A stretch of 64,000 nt of DNA, taken from NCBI GenBank assembly GCA_951406725.2, contig OX597827.1, forward strand, positions 81,716,001 through 81,780,000, written 5' to 3'. The stretch is from Octopus vulgaris (lineage: Eukaryota). Numbering within the stretch: position 1 is the first letter of the stretch; every line of letters begins with the position of its first letter. Position numbers and translations under genes: made by a program. The notes under the pieces are model-generated. The model saw only the letters and a list, made by a program, of their open reading frames with translations. It ran no database searches and was not told the origin of the DNA. Below are positions 40,721-53,048 of this stretch, piece after piece.

Positions 40721-41504
40721 CTTCCTGGTTTAAGTTTTTTAAACTGCACTTCATTTTAGGCCACATCACCATCATCATCACCATCTCCATCATCATCACC
40801 ATTATCATCGTCACCACCACACCATTATCATTATGATCATCATTTAACGTCTATTTTCCATGCTGGCATGGGTTGGACAGTGTGAGAAGATCCGGTATGC
40901 TGCAAGGTTACGCTCAAGTTTCAATGTCAACTTTGACATGGCTTCTGTGGTTGGATGCCCTTCTTAACACAGACCAATTTACACATCCTATTGTACTTGG
41001 AGCAGTGGACTTCAACACAAATAGCATTACATTGACTATAGATATATAAACACACACACACATATAAATGTGTATATTGAATTATAATGTATATATTTAT
41101 GCTATTAAGGTTCTCATTTTGTTAAATGAATAAATAATTCAACATTCTAATATCCGAAAGCTGATGAACCAACTAAATTGTTTCTCCATTTTCTTATTTG
41201 TATTATATATACATACATATATATGTTATATATTACTTAACGTAAATACGTAATGAAAGCTCAGTTGACCACAGTATATCTCTCTTATGGACAATGCATA
41301 CCTAGCTTTGCCACCATTGCCTTTAGATGATTTTCATCTACTACTGATATATTTTTGTGTTTTTTTGACACAGTATGTCCCTAGAGGATATCATCTATAG
41401 ACAAACACCACAATCAATTTGGCTTTTGTAGGTATGATACACAGATGGCCATTTCATTCTAATACAATTTCTGTTACACATAATGGATATGTATACCTAT
41501 ATAC

Positions 41505-41834
41505 TGTTATATTTTGGGTTGGTCATTTCTTTTTTTTTTTTTTGCCAAATAAACACAAGCACTGTATATTCGTTCTTCCTTTTAAATATATAATTGTTTT
41601 TATTTTACACCCTTTATCCATGGGCTAAACAGAACAGGAGGAGACACATGGGATGGATAGTTGCTGAAGAGGTCGCAGGATGTATGATGAAAGATTTCCA
41701 GACAAACAACACTAAAACAAGAGCAATAACAAGTCTGAAGTGAAGAACGAATGTATAGTGTGTGTGTTTATTTGGCAAAAGAAAAAAAATTAAGTAAATA
41801 AATAAATGAAAAATGACCATTCTGAAATATAACA
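41505..41834. repeat. Imperfect fold-back element, related to 44062-44369
   Basis: TTTGCCAAATAAACACA...TGTGTTTATTTGGCAAA; both elements are followed by CAACAC..ATTTCACATCAG. Confidence 0.65.
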
Positions 41835-42149
41835 ATGTCTGTATCAACACACGATTTCACATCAGGGATCTTGCAGCCAAAACACACAAACATAATGTGT
41901 GTGTGTGTGTGTAATGTATGAATTCATAGAGTCATGTGGCTATCACAGTAAGCTTCTTTAGTCGACTTGGCTAGCAGACCACATGGTACTCCTATACAAA
42001 GGAGTATAATGCTGAGTTCTATGCAACTGGAATCCAGGAGATCCATTTGATGAAATTATTCATTAGTGTAACCATGATGTGTTGATGATCTGATGAGCTA
42101 GCTTTCTGTATCTGCATTGATTTGTAAAAAGACAATTGTATTGTATAAT

Positions 42150-42525
42150 GCATTGTGTGACACAAATGTGTAATTTAGATGTTGAACCTTTCAGGTGAGG
42201 TGACAAAGGACTGAGATGCCTGGCACCTTGCTGTACTCAAGGAGGTCTGTAGTCTTACTGGTGGTGAGGATTGACCTGCCAGAGTTTTGGGCTGGTGCCA
42301 TGTGGAAAGCACCCATGGCAGTGCCACATAAAGCACCCGTGCAGTGCCATGTAGAAGCACTCTGTGCACTCTGTAGAGTGGTTGGTGTTAGGAAGGGCAC
42401 CCAGCCATAGGAACCATGCCAAAGCAGACTGAAGTCTGGTGCAACTCCCCAGGTTGCCAGCTCTGATCAAACTGTCCAATGCATGCTAGCATGGACAGCG
42501 GACATTAAATCCTGATGATGATGAA
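42150..42525 (+). mobile_element. RTE-type 3' UTR fragment
   Basis: Three GTGCCA..AAGCAC units, then GGAAGGGCACCCAGCC...GCTAGCATGGAC...(GAT)n. Confidence 0.75.
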
Positions 42526-42809
42526 ATCATTATTGCATGAAGAGGGCTGCGAAATGGCAGAAAGTCTAAGGATGACAAATAGTTATATAAATTTTTCTAC
42601 TTCTCATACCTCCTGATATTTTATGATTTATGTATGTATGTGTGTGTATGTATATATATGATATGATACCAGTGTAACTCACCTGTAAATTTCTTAAAGT
42701 TTTGCTTGTTAAGAATATGTCCTCAACATCAGATATTCAAAGAGAAAGAGAAAGAGTATGTGTGTGAAAAGAATTTAAAAGAAAATCAAAATGTTTCATA
42801 GTTGACAAT

Positions 42810-43045
42810 ATTTCTTTCTTTATTGCCCACAAAGGGCTAAACTCAGAGGGGACAAACAAAGACAGACAAAGGGATTAAGTCAATTACATTGACCCCAGTG
42901 CAAATCTGGTACTTATTTAATCAACCCTGAAAGGATGAAAAGCAAAGTCATTCTCGGCGGAATTTGAACTCAGAACATAATGGCAGACGAAATACTGTGA
43001 AGCATTTCACCCGCTGTATTAACGTTTCTGCCAGCTCGCTGCCCT
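42810..43045 (-). mobile_element. SINE (family of 9286-9516)
   Basis: Reverse complement matches 9286-9516. Confidence 0.8.
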
Positions 43046-43144
43046 CATAGTTGACAATATTAAGATCTCACACATTACACAAGCTTACACAGAATCCATC
43101 TAACTCTTATATATTCAAGGTCACTTTCTTTCATTTGTTCACAT

Positions 43145-43212
<68 letters not shown>

Positions 43213-43217
43213 CTTGT

Positions 43218-43595
43218 GGTACTCCGCCAGTTATGATGATAAGGGTTGCAGTTGATCCGATCAATGGAACAGCCTGCTCATGAAATTAATGTGCAAGTGG
43301 CTGAGCACTCCACATACACGTGTACCCTTAATGTAGTTCTCGGGGAGATTCAGCATGACACAATGTGTGACAAGGCTGGCCCTTTGAAATACAGGTACAA
43401 CAGAAACAGGAAGAAATAGTGAAAGAAAGTTGTGGTAAGAGAGTACAGCAGGATTCGCCATCACCCACTGGCAGAGCCTTGTGGAGCTCTTAGGTGTTTT
43501 TGCTCAATAAACACAACGCCCAGTCTGGGAATCGAAACTATGATCCTATAACTACAAGTCTGCTGCCCTAACCACTGGGCCATTGCGCCTCCACT
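43218..43595 (-). mobile_element. tRNA-derived SINE
   Basis: Minus-strand head GGAGGCGCAATGGCCCAGTGGTTAGGG...GTTTCGATTCCC (A- and B-box-like). Confidence 0.8.
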
Positions 43596-43605
43596 ATATA
43601 TATAT

Positions 43606-43640
<35 letters not shown>

Positions 43641-44061
43641 TACATGCACACACACATACTCACATATATGTATGTATCTTAACAGTTTTAGTAAAATACA
43701 TTAATAAAAGACTGAGAACATATGATTCTTCATAAAATATACATGTGTGTGTATTATGGTAATGAGATGAGTTACATGTCACATTCTGTGCTGCAGGTAG
43801 TATGCAGAGATCTGCATATTTAATATACAACTATCTCAGAAACAGCTGTAAAGTACTACCTACACGTTATCTTTCCATCAATTGCAAGTTTTGCACCAAA
43901 GACAGCATGAACTTTACTTACACAATTCAAATCAATACTAAGAACTTCTCTTCTACCTCGGCCTGGAATATAACTGTCTACACCCAAATCATTATGAAAT
44001 TTCACCTTCCAGTTCTTTCCTGGTTTCCTGCTATATTTTCATGTATATATATATTTACTCA

Positions 44062-44369
44062 TGTTGCTATACTTGGGGAGGATCATATTTTGCCAATTAA
44101 ACACAGTCTGTATATTTGGTCTTCACTTCAGCTTAATTATCATCGTTTTAGTTTCTTTGTCAAACATTTTGTGACCTCTTCAATGATTTTATCTCTTGTT
44201 CAAAAGGAGACGTGTGGAATAGAGAATTATTGGAAAGATCACAGGATACGTGATGAAAGAGCTTTGACAAAGAAATTAAGATAATAATAGCAATAAAGCT
44301 GAAGTGAAGACCAAATATTTGGTGCCTGTGTTTAATTGGTAAAGAATATGATCCTCCTCAAATATAACA
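44062..44369. repeat. Fold-back element with ~130 bp arms
   Basis: GAGGATCATATT..TATTTGGTCTTCACTTCAGCTT...AAGCTGAAGTGAAGACCAAATA..AATATGATCCTC. Confidence 0.8.
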
Positions 44370-44509
44370 CTATCTGTCTCAACACAATTTCACATCAGAA
44401 ATCTTTCAAAACAAATTCATATATTTACTCAATATGTTTTCTTAACTTGTTATAAATTGATTTGATACCTTGAGATTGTCTGTTCATTTTTTGTTCTGTT
44501 TTATACATA

Positions 44510-45390
44510 ATGTCATCATTTAACTCTTGTTTCCCATTCTGGAATGAGTTGGACTGTTTGACAGGAGCTGGTAAGCCAGAGGACTGTCCCTAGCTCCACT
44601 GCCAGTTTTAGTATGGTTTCCATTACTGGATGCCCTTTCTGTGAAGCTCAACATCTTCAGATCAGCCCTCACTGCTTCTGGAACTCAGTTTTGTTGAGGT
44701 GGGTGGGTCTTCTCAAGAACCTCATCTTGCCAGACATCAAGGTCCATTGTCATCTCTTCTGTGAAGCTCAGCCTCTTCAGATCAGCCCTCACTGCTTCAA
44801 TCCATGTCTTCCTGGGTCTCTCTCTTGCAGGTTCCATCCGCTTCTTCATACGACTCTCCCTATCCATACACATCACATGACCAAACAGTTTTACTCTCTT
44901 GTATGCTACATCTGATTACTCTTCTCTCAATACATTTACGCTTTGTTGCACATGCACATTAATATTGCAAAAACAGCAGAGCATACAGGCTTCATTCATC
45001 TCCAGACATCACATGTTCTTAATAATCTCCCTACTATGCTATGATCCTTGAATATGAAGGAGACCTGAGAATACTGGAGAGAAATTAAGCAAGCATGCTT
45101 TGCTGGATATGCAATGTGAGTGTGCACAAAAGAATTAGTACAACTGGGTATTGGAGGATTTTGATGTAGTGTGCAAGAAAGCAGATTGCGCTGGTATGGA
45201 CATGTGATGCATATGGAGGAGGACTGCTGTATAAAGAACTGATTATTCAGTGTGGCTGGAACTTGTGGAAGAAGGAAACCCTGTAAGATATGGAGTGAAG
45301 TAAAGTTGACCTTAGGACCCAGAGCCTGAAGGAAGAGATGACAAAGGACCAGGATTTCAAGGGATATGAAGTTCTCAAAAAGATTTGCTC
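44510..45390. mobile_element. Decayed RTE fragments in opposite orientations
   Basis: Minus strand RERPRKTWIEAVRADLK (44685-44876); plus strand RLRWYGHVMHMEED near 45185. Confidence 0.6.
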
Positions 45391-47100
45391 ACCTCAGAAA
45401 AGCTGAGTTCTGGAAGTGCAATTTATTGTCTTCTCCACCCATTTCACTCATCCCTCCTCCCCCCATGCATTATTAGGTCTGCCTCTTTCTCCTCCACTCC
45501 CTGCTCCCAATCATGTCATCCCTCTCTTTTCTCCTCCCTACTCATAACTGTATCATCTTTACTACACCTATTGATCACCACCTTGCAGTGTTGATCACCT
45601 TGATCTCTTCTGCATTCCTAAAGGCTCCTTACTCATCCACCCTTAAACCCTACACATTTGTCAGTATACCTCCCCATCCCCTTATTCTCCTTCCTATACA
45701 ATCGTGCAACTGATTCTTCAAATCACCTTGTGCCTTGTGGGGCCACATCAGCCCCCTCATTTCCATTATCTCTCTCCTGCAGCCCCAACTCCTCATTTTC
45801 TTTTTCCCTTAATAGATGTGAGTAGCCATGCAGAATCTCTTCAAGAACCTCCACCCACCTCCTCATAGTTAAAACCCCCTAATCCTCTAGCATGAAGCTG
45901 ACCCCACCCCCAGGGTTTTAGTAGTTTTGCAAGCTGCATGGCAATCTCAGTAGTGCAATTGGCACAGAAAATGCACTCAATCCATGCTGTAAATTGGATG
46001 GCATTCGGAAGAGTGCCAAGCCATAGAAATAATGCTGAGCAAGATGCAGTCCTTGAACACATTGGATCCTGTCAAAGTGTCCACCCAATGCCAGTAGAGA
46101 AAGCAGACATTCAAGGATGTTGATGATAATGATGATGATTATGCCAGACCAATGTTCTTCTACTTAAAAGTACTATTTTAAAACTTACATAATTTCTCTA
46201 TTTCCTCCCCTCCTACTCATGCTTTCCATGCTGGTTATGCCCTTCGCTATGATCTCTAGCCTACCACCCCTGCCATTGCTCTTTGCTGCTCTCTGCTGCC
46301 CATCCTAACCCTCGCCAGTATCAGAAATGCTCAGTTCATTCTTGTGATTCTTTCTTTGGTTGACCTTGAGTAGTAATGATGATTTACAACATTGGACCAT
46401 GTCTCAAAATATTGGGACGGAGCAGTAGAACTGGCTCCCAGTATCTTACTGGTACCTTATCAATCCCATCAATGATGATGATATCTTTTAATTGACAGAT
46501 TGCTATGTGTGTGAGTTTTCCACAAAATTATGAAAAAGAAAAGAAAATAGAAATTTAAGGATAAGTATAAACGGTAAAGAAGAATATATGTGAATGAACT
46601 AAGGATCCAGGGCTGTTGATAAAAAAGGGGCTTCAGTTAAGACCAGTCAGGGAACTTTAAAGATCATCTTAACCATGAAGGGCATGATTCCTTGCCTCAC
46701 AGTTTCTCACTACACTAGAGGCACATGCTTAGAAGAATGCCATCTATTCTAACCATTTTCACCACTTTCCTCTACATGCCCACTTTCCTTTCCAGAGTGG
46801 AATTTCGAAAAGCCAATGAGAGTTTGATTGAAGAGGAAGTTGCCTGTTTTCAATCTGTTCAGCCATATTTACCACACAACTTCTTTTACCATCGACACTC
46901 CAAAAAAAAAAAAAGAAAGAAAAAAGATTCCCAGCCTTATTAAACAAGGACTGGAGGAGGTGACCTTCACAATGGATTCGAATGATAGCTGGATTTGTCC
47001 TACACATGAAAACAGCTCTTCAACATTTAAAAGTCAGAAATGCTCATCTGGACACCAGCAGCATTGACAGATCTATAATAATAATAATAACAACAACAAC

Positions 47101-47147
<47 letters not shown>

Positions 47148-47382
47148 TTTCAAATTTTGGCACAAGGTGGTGTTAAAACAAAGGTGATAGAATGATGTAT
47201 ATATGTGTTAAACCAAAGATGTGAGTATTGCTGATAGATTAGAGAAAACTATATACATGCATTGCTTTATTGATTCTGGTGGAACAGTTGCTAAGATGTG
47301 CATATTATAGCTGTGTCTCCAGCAAAGTAATACTCTGTTAGTGTGTATGTATGAAAAATACTATGCATAGGACAGAAAGATG

Positions 47383-47417
47383 GTTTTACATTTTGAGCAA
47401 AGCTCTTCTTCAGAAAC
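47383..47417 (-). ncRNA. Decayed minimal hammerhead motif
   Basis: GTTT-CTGAAGA-A-GAGC-ttt-GCTC-AAAA-TG-TA-AAAC (two CpG-type decays). Confidence 0.5.
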
Positions 47418-47435
47418 AGAAGACAGAAGCTGTAC

Positions 47436-47841
47436 TTTCTAACAATTCGCGTAAGAGTCCAGCAGTCCCTACCTGAAGGTTTGGGTTTTCATTTGGAGTT
47501 TTGTTTCAACAAGGAGGTTTTTCCCTCTTTCTCAAAGGCTGTCATTACTTCCGAGACAGTATTTCTTGATACACCAAACATTTTGGCTGTTTTTGTTATG
47601 CCAGCACCTGCCATACGAGCACCAACAATTTGGCTTCTTTGAAAGTCCGATAGATTTGTCATTTTAATGAATTTTAATTACCTTTTTCTGATGATATCTG
47701 AAAAGAAACAGCCATTTTAGCAAAGTGTATTAAGCAACACTAATAATAAATCAAAAAACATAAAAATAAACAAGCTTTTGATGGTTTTCTAGATATTTCA
47801 AAATTATGATGCTATGATGCTAGGTGCTTCCATTATTTTGT
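47436..47841 (-). mobile_element. Tc1-like transposon 5' remnant
   Basis: From ATG at 47662: MTNLSDFQRSQIVGARMAGAGITKTAKMFGVSRNTVSEVM (paired-like HTH), internal stop; TIR-like ACAAAATAATGGAAGCACCT at 47822-47840. Confidence 0.8.
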
Positions 47842-48267
47842 ATATACATACGTGTGTGTGTGTGTGTGCATCTATGCATGCAAAATATGGTGTTGCATTC
47901 CAAGAGAGTAGAAATGACCTCCATCCATGCCAGCATATATGTGTGTATATGTATATAGGTGTGTGTTTATGTGTAAGTATGTATGTGGCAACCATGAAAC
48001 ACTGCTGCTGCTGCTGATGTATTAGCTTTTGGGAGTTTCCCTTTGTTCTTGTTGATATTCCTCGTTCATTAAATTTTTGTCTAGTTTCCCATTTGCTCTG
48101 CTTTTGTCTAACTTTTTCTCCCTGTTCTGTTCTGTCTGTTCAACCCTTGATACATCTATGTAGTGCAATGTACACACTGTTTGTTTACTTATTATATATA
48201 TATAATCACCATAATAGATCGGTAGCCACTACACACATTTTTTTTCTCTCCTTGTTTTTTTCTGTCC

Positions 48268-48303
48268 CTTTCTGTAGAAGAGCGTAGGCTCGAAACGTAA
48301 AAG
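48268..48303 (+). ncRNA. Minimal hammerhead-like motif (A6 substituted)
   Basis: CTTT-CTGTAGA-A-GAGC-gtag-GCTC-GAAA-CG-TA-AAAG. Confidence 0.55.
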
Positions 48304-48404
48304 ACTTTTCCTACTCCTGAACGTTATACTAATACATCTGTTTGTTTTGTACACCACCTGTCTTTGTCTTTTGTTTTTTTCGTGAACTTTCCTCCTATAT
48401 GTAT

Positions 48405-48692
48405 ATGATGGACTCTCCTGTCATTAGATGACATATGAGGGTCCGACAATTTTTTATCGAACAACCACATTTGTTTACAGTGATCAAATGTTTGTGTAGA
48501 CATAAGCTCACCCCCTCCATCAGATCAACATTACCTGGACAGGTGCAATGGGTGCCACATGTCAGTTGACGAAATGATTGCAGACCAACATGAAATGAAG
48601 TGTTTTGCTCAAGAACACAATGGTCTAGGAATGAAACCCACAACCTCACAATCGTGCGTGCAACTCCCTAACCACTGAGGCATGTACCTTCA
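48405..48692 (-). mobile_element. tRNA-headed SINE
   Basis: Minus-strand head GCCTCAGTGGTTAGGGGAGTTG...GGGTTTCATTCC. Confidence 0.6.
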
Positions 48693-48788
48693 TATATATA
48701 AAACAAATTAAAAAGGGTGGCTTAAAAGTAGTGCTAGTGAGTACTCTCTGTCACTTTTGCAATCTCTCTCTCTCTCTCTCTCTCTCTA

Positions 48789-48822
<34 letters not shown>

Positions 48823-48842
48823 ATGCATGTATATAATGTTTG

Positions 48843-49171
48843 TCATTTGACTGTGGCCATGCTAGAGACCCACCTTTAGTCAAACAAATCGACCCCAGGA
48901 CTTATTCTTCGTAATCCTAATACTTATTCTATCAGTCTCTTTTGCTGGACTGCTAAGGTAGACATGCCTACATCAGTTGTCAAGCAATGGTGGGGACACA
49001 CACACATACGATGGGCTTCTTTCAGTTTCCATCTACCAAATGCATTCACAAGGCTTTGGTTAGCATGAGGCCATAGTAGAAGAACCTTGCCCAAGGTGTC
49101 ACGCAGTGGGACTGAACCCGGAACCATGTGGTTGGTAAGCAAGCTACTTTCCACACAGCCACTCCTGCACC
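48843..49171 (-). mobile_element. tRNA-derived SINE (58250 family)
   Basis: Reverse complement of 58250-58671. Confidence 0.85.
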
Positions 49172-49183
49172 TATATATATATA

Positions 49184-49585
49184 TCTTTATATATAAAAGT
49201 CAAGTTGTGTGTCTATCTCCTACGATTTAGATTCCTAACTACTCCCACATTTTGCGGTGCAGTTTAACCAAAACCGGGTATCTTATAGTCGTGATTCATA
49301 TCGAGCCCTTCTGGGTATTAGCGTGCGTCTACGATGAGTCTACGATTTAAAAAAAAATTTACCATCATTTTTTTCCCCATTTTTAATGCATTTTTTTGCT
49401 ATTATATAAGGGAAGTAACTCTCTAAAAATGTCTACGATGAGTCAACGATTTAAAAAAAAATTTACCATAATTTTTTTCCCCATTTTTAATGCATTTTTT
49501 TGCTATTTTTTGGCTATAACTCTCTAAAAATGCTTATATAGTTATTTCCCTTACAAACCCGAGCAACGCTGGGCGATACTGCTAG
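49184..49585 (+). mobile_element. Non-autonomous Helitron
   Basis: A|TC start, CTAG|T end, GC hairpin CCCGAGCAACGCTGGG at 49558-49573, no TSD; internal ~100 bp tandem duplication. Confidence 0.85.
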
Positions 49586-49908
49586 TATATGTTAAAATAA
49601 CTTTGTTATTTCATTGCTGGATCATCTCCTGATGGGTTGACTCAAAGTAAATGTTGACTGGGTCCTTAAGTTTCTTCCCTGAGCTTCTTCAACCAGTGCA
49701 GAATTCTTCACCTTTTATCATTTGTTTAATGGAAGAGAAGCTGAAAACCTCATCAAATGCGAGGGATGTAAATAATGCGTTTTAGCTTCATTATGAATAT
49801 TGCAAAATGAATAGATTTTATTTTATTTTAAATTCTGAATTTAAAAAATGGTTGAAATGATAAACCAGATCAAATATTAAGGTCAACAGGAGAGTAAATG
49901 AAAGATAG

Positions 49909-49949
<41 letters not shown>

Positions 49950-50204
49950 GGAAATAAGGATGATTATGATGATGATGATAATAATAATAACATAGGTTTA
50001 AAATTTTGGCATAAGGCCAGCAATTTTTAAGAGAGGGTGTGTAAATTGATTACATTAACCCCAGTGCTTAAGTGGTACTTAAGTTATCAACCCCAAAAAA
50101 TGAAAGGCAAAGTCAACACAATTTGAACTCAGAATGTATAGCCAGACAAATTACCATTTTCTCCACACTGCCAATGGCTTTGATTTGTTTTCACCTTAGT
50201 AATA

Positions 50205-50715
50205 CTAGGTTCAAAGAAAAAGTTTTTGTATGCCGTGTTAAAATAATGATTTTTTTTATGCAAGAATTTATTCAAAACCAACGACTATTCTTCAAAATAA
50301 AGACCATTTTTTTCCACAAACTTCTGCCAATGATCTGCAACCTAGAGATTTGGTCAGAGTACCAATCCTTCGGCTTTGAGTCGAAAATTTCTTGACAGGC
50401 TTCTTCAACTTCACAATTCAAATCGCTGATAAAGTGCTGAATTGATCGGAACAGACCGTAGTCAGATGGAGCAATGTCTGGACTATAGGCTGGATGTGGT
50501 AGAACTTCCACACCGTCCAATTCTTCAATTTTGTTGCTGCTCTTTCTGGCAGTATGCGGCTTTGCACTGACTTGTTGAAACAAAGCACGTTTTCGACGAA
50601 CAAGTCTTGAGTCACCATTGAACATGACATGAACTGAATGAACACACACACACCACAAAAATATGTAAAAAAAGCATTATTTTAACTCTGCACAGGAACT
50701 TTTTCCTCAACCTAA
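50205..50715 (-). mobile_element. Internally deleted mariner element
   Basis: ~50 bp imperfect TIRs flanked by TA; ORF 50272-50658 with AKPH...LPHPAYSPDIAPSDYGLF (mariner YSPDLAPxD motif). Confidence 0.88.
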
Positions 50716-51539
50716 TATTAATAATAATAATAATAAATATAAATTGTTTACTGAATATTGGTCAGAATTCACAGAAGAAATAAACGATACCTTGGAGTTA
50801 TAAGGGGAACTACTTCAATTGAATGACATTAACGAGGTTTTTATTATTCATTTATTGTCTGAATTTCATTCTTTCAGGGTTAATAAGTACAAGTTGAGAA
50901 CTGGGATTGATGTTTATTGGCTATTCCCCACCCCACTTACTTTCAGACCTTGTGCTTTGAGTAGAAAGGATTAGGGCTCATGCCTATGGTGGTCAGGGCA
51001 ATCCAGGATCTGTGGGCTTCCCTGATTGACCCTCACTGGACTTCCTCCCATATCAGAACCATATCGTTCATGTTGTCACATGCTTTGTATGCTACCTATA
51101 CTCTTATTGCTTTTCACCATCTTTTCCATGTCTTTCTCCTCATCTTATAGGTAAACTCACACACAGATTGTTGTCCATCCTTGTAATGTCCCCTAGGGCA
51201 AACCAAAGAAGCTATTATTACTGTTGTCGTTATTTGTTTTTCCCCTGCCATCTCAATACTTTCTGCCCAATTCATTCTGCTTATCTCTATTCTAACCATG
51301 CCTTTCTTCTATCTCCACCTTTTCTACATATCAAGCAGGGCCATTTCCCTGAAGAGATTAGTAATTTATCTCCATTCCTGCTTACTAGGACTTTGGTTTT
51401 CTGCTAAATTAATTCTAAGGCCCTGTGATCTTCATCCATGCTTACACCTGAAAATTCTTCTCTAATTCTACAAAATATTCATCTATAAGGACGAAAGTCA
51501 TTGGCATGGAGAAGCTCCCAAATGCAACCAGTCTTAAAT

Positions 51540-51880
51540 TTCTCTCTTATGTTTTGATGGACTGTGACAAACAAGAGGAGACCAAGAACTGATCTTTGGT
51601 GAACTCCTACCAACACACTAGATTTATCACTCCTTGCTGACTTTCACCTTATAGGCAACATTCCTGTACATGGCTTGGATGGCTCTCACCAGCCAGTCAT
51701 CTACTCCCAGCTTCCACAGTGACCACCATACGAGTGAGTAACCCTGTTATATGCCTTCTCCATAGATTGACCAGTGCCAACCACAGCAGTTTCATTTTTC
51801 TTCATAAACCTCTTACATTCTTCTGACAGACCTCATCTATCTGATTCCAATCTCCTTGATTATTAGACTTTCGACAAAGT
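51540..51880 (-). mobile_element. Decayed RTE RT fragment
   Basis: MEKAYNRV...WSLWKLGVDDWLVRAIQAMYRN...VGVHQRSVLGLLLF. Confidence 0.65.
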
Positions 51881-52295
51881 TTGGTAGAAACTAAAATATT
51901 CCACCTCTTGGGATGTTCTTGTGGTTTGGTAAAGGCTTGGGGATCAGGTAGTCATAGCTACCAGAGTGTGTGTGTGTGTGTAAGAGTGTGTGAGTATGTG
52001 TGTATGTGAATGTGTGTGCAAGTGAAAGTGTGCATGTGAGTGAGAGAGAGAGAGAGAGAGAGAAAGAGATTGTAATATTCACCATTGTTACGTAGAAATA
52101 CACACATCACATGCATAACTATCACATGCATATGCACACACACTTCACACACACACACACATCACACACAATCACTCTCTGTCCGTCTCTCTCTCTCTCT
52201 CACACACACATGCATCATCAATGAATCTGCCTATATATATGTTTCCACCATTGTCATATGGGTTGATCTTATTTCACAATAACTACTACTACTAG

Positions 52296-52350
<55 letters not shown>

Positions 52351-52540
52351 GTTGAATTATGGGCCTTTGTTCATGTACATATATGAGTCTAAGGATGTGT
52401 ATGTGTATAAATGTGTGTGTGTGTGTGTGCGTGTGTGCAGTACCATCCCCTAATGCAACCATTATCCAACTGTACATCTTCATACTCAGAAATAATGAGG
52501 AATGATAAATTTGTGAACCTTGAATAGGAAAATATCCCTT

Positions 52541-52588
<48 letters not shown>

Positions 52589-52591
52589 AGC

Positions 52592-52634
<43 letters not shown>

Positions 52635-52691
52635 CACACATATACATACATATGTATAAAGAAATCTACACATACATACATGCATATATAC

Positions 52692-52752
<61 letters not shown>

Positions 52753-52775
52753 CTATGTAAATATACATACGTATG

Positions 52776-52864
<89 letters not shown>

Positions 52865-52999
52865 ATATATATTATACATATATATATATATATTACATAT
52901 GTATGTGCATACATATATATTTACATACATAGATGTATAGGTGAGTCTCTATGATCTATATAAATTTACATGTATATATATATATGCATGTGTGTGTAG

Positions 53000-53048
<49 letters not shown>

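Noticed and set aside
42672-42750. Minus-strand exon ending in CAG|GTGAGT
   Set aside because: No convincing acceptor or coding frame; an isolated donor match is expected by chance
43480-43595. tRNA gene
   Set aside because: The tRNA-like A/B boxes continue into a repeated SINE body; no complete cloverleaf
49655-49698. Possible decayed hammerhead on the minus strand (CTGG-TTGAAGA...GAAACTTAAG)
   Set aside because: Helix II does not pair and the cleavage triplet is absent; too degenerate to call
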